From IMG/VR virus record IMGVR_UViG_3300024258_000005: 64,000 nt of DNA. One strand, 5' to 3'. The notes beneath the pieces were generated by a model that had not been told where the DNA came from, did not search any database, and saw only the letters and a program-made list of their open reading frames with translations. Origin of the DNA: a virus. Positions within the stretch are counted from its first letter, which is position 1. Each line of letters begins with the position of its first letter. This document shows, piece by piece, positions 58,902 through 64,000 of the stretch. The position numbers were made by a program, and so were the translations under genes.

Positions 58902-60635
58902 TTAATTATTTTTATACCATCTATCAACACGTTGTTGAATAGGTATAGAAGTATCTTCTGCTGGTATTGGCGTCAGGTTTAAAAATATATCATCATAACC
59001 AATTGAAAATATTCTTGCATATCCATTAACACCACCAGCACCATGTATAATAGTATATGTTGAATCTGTAACATTTTCTATACCAGCTACATCTGTAGCT
59101 GTTTGTGGATTAGTTCCTTGATATAAACGAACTTCTGTTCCAACAACTAAGCCTGTAAATGTTAATTGTGATGAAGTTACTACATTAATATTTGGACCGG
59201 TATTAATTAAAAAATTACTACCGTTTGAATTTAATGTTATACTTCCACCACTAGTGTTTGTTATTTCTGCTATATTACAATTTGTGGCATTATATGTACC
59301 TGCTTTTTCAAATTCCATTTTACCATTAACAATTGTAACATCATCGAAGTCAATAACCTCTTCTAATATTAAATGTCCTAGAACTGAAAGTCCATTCGGT
59401 AAAGCTCCTAGTTTAACTCTAACTTGTCCTGTTGTTTTAATTGAATTAAATTTAGTAGTACTTGCTAGTTGTGCTAGAATTTCTTTTTGTACAGTTATTG
59501 AAAAATTTGATGTTACTGTACTTGTATCTGTTGAGGTTGCTCTAACAATAATAAGATGTGAAGTAGCATTAGCATGTATAATATTAGCAGCATCCGCTAC
59601 TGTAACTATACCAGTACTTGTACCAATAGCAAATCTTCCACCGGCATTATCATCTAATGAATATGTTACTGTATCAGCAAAGTTAATATCTTCTGCGAAT
59701 GCAACGATACCTACTGTATCACCATTAACACAAATTTCATTAATTATATTCTCTGAAGCATTGATATCACTTAAAGGACTAATAGGTATAGGGGTATCAT
59801 TTATTACTGCTATATTAATAATTAGTTCAGTAAAAGTTAAATCCGCTGACGTACTTCTTACTGTAATATTATGATTCGTATTAACTGCCCATGATATTAA
59901 AGATGCATTAGCTACTGTTACAACACCAGTAGTAGAATTAATAGTAAATCTTCCACCCGCATTATCTGTTAATGAATAAGTTATTGTTTCAACATCAGGA
60001 TCAACAGCGAATGCTGTTATACCTACAGTTGTACCATTTGGATCAGCATCAGAAATCTGATTAGTTGTTGCATCTGTATCTGAGGTGGGTCCAACATGAG
60101 CATTTCTAGGAGTTAAATTCCAACTAATTGAATCAATACCAAGGTCCATGTGCCATGCTGTACCAGAATCAACGGTAAATCTAATTCTTATTTTAAATGT
60201 TGAATTTGAGTAAGCAGCAAAATCAGTATTTGCCAATTTCCACGTCGCATCACTTCCGGTTAATCCTGGATAACTAAGGACTACTCCCCATGCTGTACCA
60301 TTCCAACCTTCTATATATAAAGAACCGAAACTTCCACTAAATCTATGAGAATAATAAACACTAAAATCTATAAAACTTGTACTTAAATCGATTACCGGTG
60401 ATTCCATTGTATATACATCACCAAATGCACCAGGTGAGGATGCCTCTACATAAACATACCCAGCTGAACTTTGTCCAGTTAGAGGACCAACACCAGTAGA
60501 ACGAGTTTCATTTACGTCAAAACCCCATTTTCTATTTGTAGCTGCTCCTGAGTTTCCGGTTGTACCATCACCATTCGTAAATAGCCACTCTAATGTACTT
60601 GCATCATTAGCAGCATCAAAAGTATATGTAGCCAT
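58902..60635 (-). CDS. Virion adhesin-like protein: MAM-like domain, two cadherin repeats and a C-terminal beta domain
   Basis: GYVYVEASS...MESP...YY....G.FGSLYI...W...IRF...DLGIDSI (MAM-like); ITYSLTDNAGGRFTINSTTGVVTVA and VTYSLDDNAGGRFAIGTSTGIVTVA (cadherin-like). Confidence 0.75.
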   Translation of the reverse strand: MATYTFDAANDASTLEWLFTNGDGTTGNSGAATNRKWGFDVNETRSTGVGPLTGQSSAGYVYVEASSPGAFGDVYTMESPVIDLSTSFIDFSVYYSHRFSGSFGSLYIEGWNGTAWGVVLSYPGLTGSDATWKLANTDFAAYSNSTFKIRIRFTVDSGTAWHMDLGIDSISWNLTPRNAHVGPTSDTDATTNQISDADPNGTTVGITAFAVDPDVETITYSLTDNAGGRFTINSTTGVVTVANASLISWAVNTNHNITVRSTSADLTFTELIINIAVINDTPIPISPLSDINASENIINEICVNGDTVGIVAFAEDINFADTVTYSLDDNAGGRFAIGTSTGIVTVADAANIIHANATSHLIIVRATSTDTSTVTSNFSITVQKEILAQLASTTKFNSIKTTGQVRVKLGALPNGLSVLGHLILEEVIDFDDVTIVNGKMEFEKAGTYNATNCNIAEITNTSGGSITLNSNGSNFLINTGPNINVVTSSQLTFTGLVVGTEVRLYQGTNPQTATDVAGIENVTDSTYTIIHGAGGVNGYARIFSIGYDDIFLNLTPIPAEDTSIPIQQRVDRWYKNN

Positions 60636-62113
60636 TATCTAACCTTTATTGTTATTTTTGTTGTAGTGCAAACATAAGCTGCACCACTAATACCGATATC
60701 TAAATCTAAATCACCTAAATCAAGGATATTACCTTGAGCTTCAATTTGTGGTTTATCCATACTTGGTATTAAAATATTATCTATTTTATTTGACTTAGCT
60801 GAATCGTATAATCTATCAAGTGTATTAACAATTGTATATGCATCAACTAAAGTTCTATTAGGTTCAGTAATTGAAGTATCATACGCACCAATAAATTCTA
60901 AATTTTGTCCACCAACTTCTCTAAGAAGTACCTGTAGTCTATTTCTACTTTGGTATAAATAAGCATACATATAGAAGTCATAAAGGTCAGCATCTGCTCC
61001 ACCTGGACTATAAGAGGTTTTTGTGGGTATAGCAACACCTAAACCACCATCCCATTTTGCTAATAGAATATTACCCATATCATAAATACCAGCTGCTCCT
61101 AATCCACTATAAAGTGTATTATTATTATCAACTGTTCCAACAATAAAGTCATCTATATTATCACCAAGAGAAGTTTTAAAATTTCCACTAACACTTTGTT
61201 CAGCTTTAATTAATTGAATACTATCTGTTTGATCTGGACCAATAGATAAATTACTACCCTTTGACGAATTAAGAAATGTAACTATTCCTGTACTAACATC
61301 TTGTCTGCCTTGGGGTTGAATATCATCAGCTGTATCATTACCAACAATACCTGCATAATCTTCAATAACTAAACTATAACCAACGGGTTGAGAAGTACTA
61401 CCAGAAAAAGCCGCACCTGTAAAAAGGCCGGTATATCCTTTAATTGGATAAAATGGTGTTGCCAATTGACCGAATAAACTTGTATTACTTTTATCATTAT
61501 TAGCCATAACAGTAAAACCATTAATATTAATATCTCTAGTATAAGAATATATTAATTGGTCAAATGTACCATAAGCACCATTTACTGTTCGTGTATCCCA
61601 TATTGCATCATTAAAAACAATAACAGAATCGGTTGCAGATGCATTACTATTACCATCAAAACCAATTCCACCACAAGAAATTAAATTACCATTCCATGTT
61701 AAATTTGCACCAGCTTTGATTAACATGAATGGTCTTGTTGTTGACGCCCATGCATCATTTTTAGCTCTACTTGTACCAAAATCCAAGTTAACATCTTTTT
61801 CTACAACACTAGGGAAATGTTGAGTATTTATATAACTTCCATCAACATTACTTGAATTAAATCCTATAGTTAATGTTCCAGCTACCTCAATATCAATAAC
61901 AGATTGACTTCCTGTACCGATTAATAATTGTTCTTGTATCTTATCTAGACCGTTTATAGTTAATGTACCATTTACTACTAATCTATTACCACCACAATTA
62001 TATACTTTATATGCTCCAAAATCAGTAACTGTCGCGCCATTACCAGATAATCCAGCCAATGAGGTATCAGTACCTGACTGTGTAATAACTGTCCCATTTA
62101 GTAAAAACCCCAT
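60635..62113 (-). CDS. Putative tail/fibre-associated structural protein (492 aa)
   Basis: Beta-rich, starts GTVITQSGTDTSLAGL, and its stop overlaps the next ATG (taatg). Confidence 0.55.
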   Translation of the reverse strand: MGFLLNGTVITQSGTDTSLAGLSGNGATVTDFGAYKVYNCGGNRLVVNGTLTINGLDKIQEQLLIGTGSQSVIDIEVAGTLTIGFNSSNVDGSYINTQHFPSVVEKDVNLDFGTSRAKNDAWASTTRPFMLIKAGANLTWNGNLISCGGIGFDGNSNASATDSVIVFNDAIWDTRTVNGAYGTFDQLIYSYTRDININGFTVMANNDKSNTSLFGQLATPFYPIKGYTGLFTGAAFSGSTSQPVGYSLVIEDYAGIVGNDTADDIQPQGRQDVSTGIVTFLNSSKGSNLSIGPDQTDSIQLIKAEQSVSGNFKTSLGDNIDDFIVGTVDNNNTLYSGLGAAGIYDMGNILLAKWDGGLGVAIPTKTSYSPGGADADLYDFYMYAYLYQSRNRLQVLLREVGGQNLEFIGAYDTSITEPNRTLVDAYTIVNTLDRLYDSAKSNKIDNILIPSMDKPQIEAQGNILDLGDLDLDIGISGAAYVCTTTKITIKVR

Positions 62114-62166
62114 ATTATATCCTTGTTAATATTTATAGATGTACCCCTAAAGGTACATACTAAATA

Positions 62167-62997
62167 CTACACTATTGGCATAGCAGTAGCAACTAATCCA
62201 AGTTTTGCTCTAAATACATTCTCAATACTCACAATATTAAGAGATGTAACTTTAGTTACATCTAATTTATTTGCTTGGATATCAGTAATAGAAGTTTCGT
62301 TTGCTTCAACACGATTTTCTAAATCACCAATTGAACCAACACCTCCACCTGTAATTTCTGTAATTTGTTCTTGTAGTGCAACGTCAGCATCAGTACGAGC
62401 AGCAGTCTCAACATCTACAGCATCTTTAACAGATTTAGCAACAGAACCAACAACAGTATCATCGCCGTTTAAAACATCTAGTTCACCTTCAGTAGCAGTG
62501 ATTGCAGCAGATTGCGCAGCATCAACAGCTTCAGTCGCAGCCATACGAGTCTCTTGTACAAGTTTATCCTCCTCAAGAGCAGCAACTCTTGCCTCACCCT
62601 CAATAAGTGCATTATTAATTACAGTATCAAGAGCAGCTTCAGCAGTTTCAGCACGTAGTTGTTCAGCATCAATTTTATTATTTAGAACAGCTTCAGCAGC
62701 TTCAGCACGTACAGTTTCAGCAGTGATTTGACTTCCAAGAGCAGCAGTATTTCCTTCAACCGTAGTTAAACGACCTTCTAATCCAGATATTTGAGTAATG
62801 ATATTTTGCCCAACAGTAATTTCTCCGTCACCAACACCATCAAGTGCAACATCAATCGCAGAAAGTTTGTCTTGTAGTGTAGCTACATCCGTGTTATGAA
62901 TAGATGCAAATTCAGAAATTTTCTGTGTTACATACTCATCTACAGAAAGCCCCATTGCTTCCATTAACTCAATTAGTTTTAGTTCTAATTCATTCAT
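62167..62997 (-). CDS. Coiled-coil fibre protein
   Basis: Repeats ETVRAEAAEAVL and EQLRAETAEAAL, plus an LNGDDTVVGS motif also seen in the 784-aa whisker-like protein (INGDDTVEGS). Confidence 0.65.
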   Translation of the reverse strand: MNELELKLIELMEAMGLSVDEYVTQKISEFASIHNTDVATLQDKLSAIDVALDGVGDGEITVGQNIITQISGLEGRLTTVEGNTAALGSQITAETVRAEAAEAVLNNKIDAEQLRAETAEAALDTVINNALIEGEARVAALEEDKLVQETRMAATEAVDAAQSAAITATEGELDVLNGDDTVVGSVAKSVKDAVDVETAARTDADVALQEQITEITGGGVGSIGDLENRVEANETSITDIQANKLDVTKVTSLNIVSIENVFRAKLGLVATAMPIV

Positions 62998-63005
62998 TTA
63001 TAATC

Positions 63006-63395
63006 CTATGATTTAATTTTAGTTTTGACGACATTGCGGTCAATTTTTTTACAAATAGTATAAAACTCAGATTTTTGTTCAGATATTATTCTATAGTATT
63101 TACATAGTTTATTGCCTTTAATTTTAACGTTTATTAAATTCATTCGATCAATTGGATATATGTTTTTATTAATAATTTGTTCTTTGTAAATAATTTGTAA
63201 ATTATTTGTTTTAGCATTATTTATATAAATAAAATAGATCAGTAAACCGAACATCAAGAAAGAAACAATCCCTAATATAATAAACATTTGAATAGTTTTA
63301 TAAATAGGGTTTGTTTCTTTTTCAATTTTAACTTTAGTATTGACGGCTAATGCTTCAGCAAGCTCTTCGAGCTTTGATTGTAATTCGTTTTCCAT
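63006..63395 (-). CDS. Single-TM membrane protein (129 aa)
   Basis: Hydrophobic IQMFIILGIVSFLMFGLLIYFIYI segment. Confidence 0.55.
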   Translation of the reverse strand: MENELQSKLEELAEALAVNTKVKIEKETNPIYKTIQMFIILGIVSFLMFGLLIYFIYINNAKTNNLQIIYKEQIINKNIYPIDRMNLINVKIKGNKLCKYYRIISEQKSEFYTICKKIDRNVVKTKIKS

Positions 63396-63640
63396 ATTGT
63401 ACTTCCATAATTTTTATCTTGACCAATAGTATTCCACATACCCGTCAATTCTTTGATTTTATATTCTGTTCCATCACTATATATAGCATAAAGTATATCT
63501 TTATTAAATATGTCTTCTTCTGTATTATTATCTAATAAATTTAATGATTCTTTTCTCCAAATATCTTCATGTATAAATACAAGAATTTTAGAATAACTAT
63601 GGGTGTCACTTACAATTTGATTTAATTCGTTTCCTGTCAT
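63347..63640 (-). CDS. Hypothetical protein (97 aa)
   Basis: RBS aagga 6 nt upstream of the ATG. Confidence 0.55.
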   Translation of the reverse strand: MTGNELNQIVSDTHSYSKILVFIHEDIWRKESLNLLDNNTEEDIFNKDILYAIYSDGTEYKIKELTGMWNTIGQDKNYGSTIWKTNYNQSSKSLLKH

Positions 63641-63650
63641 ATGTATCCTT

Positions 63651-63698
63651 TAATTCTCTGTTGTATCTTTCTTCGAAGAAAGATACAACAGAGAATTA
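63651..63698. repeat. 48-bp perfect palindrome
   Basis: taattctctgttgtatctttcttcgaagaaagatacaacagagaatta is self-complementary. Confidence 0.9.
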
Positions 63699-63703
63699 TT
63701 AAA

Positions 63704-63727
63704 CTAACCCAGCCTAAGCTGGGTTAG
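63704..63727 (-). terminator. GC-rich hairpin over the stop of the terminal partial gene
   Basis: ctaacccagc-ctaa-gctgggttag, a 10-bp stem. Confidence 0.6.
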
Positions 63728-64000
63728 AGTAGTTTCTTTCCAATGAAGCAACCAGTGAAACACTATTTGCATTTGAACGACCAATTGTCGAAGTTGCTTT
63801 TACATATTGAGCTTTATCAAGTCCAATTGCAACAACTGTTACAGCTGCATCTTGTGCAGATGTTCTACCACCTTGTACATTACCATCATAATCAAATGTG
63901 AATTGTACTTCAGAACCAGTAACATTACCAGCAATATCTACATCTTCATTATCTTGAACGATAAGAGCATCAACATCACCAAAGTTGTTACCATTAGCAT
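63714..64000 (-). CDS. C-terminal fragment of an abundant-looking structural protein (5' end outside window)
   Basis: Hand-translated ...ANGNNFGDVDALIVQD...FTFDYDGNVQGGRT...VAIGLDKAQYV...SLERNYSNPA*, with strongly biased codons. Confidence 0.7.
   Translation of the reverse strand, partial: ANGNNFGDVDALIVQDNEDVDIAGNVTGSEVQFTFDYDGNVQGGRTSAQDAAVTVVAIGLDKAQYVKATSTIGRSNANSVSLVASLERNYSNPA

Noticed and set aside
59254-59874. 206-aa + strand ORF and other antisense ORFs (e.g. 62123-62731, 55805-56251, 21114-21509)
   Set aside because: They lie wholly opposite well-supported genes with biased codons, lack RBSs or motifs, and are typical shadow ORFs.
63006-63640. Spanin pair (overlapping TM protein and small ORF)
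   Set aside because: No lipobox was found in either protein and the order and topology do not fit i-spanin/o-spanin.
1-64000. Stop-codon reassignment (alternative genetic code) as in some large phages
   Set aside because: Genes are full length and densely packed under code 11, with TAA, TAG and TGA all used as real stops at motif-complete C-termini.

Overview
This is an AT-rich (roughly 25-30% GC by eye), gene-dense segment of a large contractile-tailed (jumbo myovirus-like) bacteriophage. AAGGA-type RBSs and the signal peptides are compatible with a Gram-negative host, possibly Campylobacterota (inference). Bases 1-17.5 kb are transcribed on +: the nrdB 3' end, nrdA split by a LAGLIDADG intein, a Gpt-like PRTase, a gp5/VgrG-like spike, a PAAR tip, large virion proteins, an amidase-fold protein and endonucleases. 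Bases 17.9-64 kb are transcribed on -: fibre/whisker proteins, baseplate wedge, tail tube (two paralogues), tail sheath, tail chaperones, major capsid protein, prohead protease, receptor-binding and adhesin proteins, plus several free-standing homing endonucleases. The two halves converge on a non-coding region with a 23-bp tandem palindromic array. The standout feature is a tightly coupled operon at 25.3-29.5 kb inside the virion module: membrane protein, receiver-only response regulator, membrane histidine kinase, small secreted protein, outer-membrane beta-barrel and holin-like protein. It looks like a phage-encoded envelope-sensing two-component system wired next to a lysis gene. All family assignments come from motif recognition only; no database search was run.
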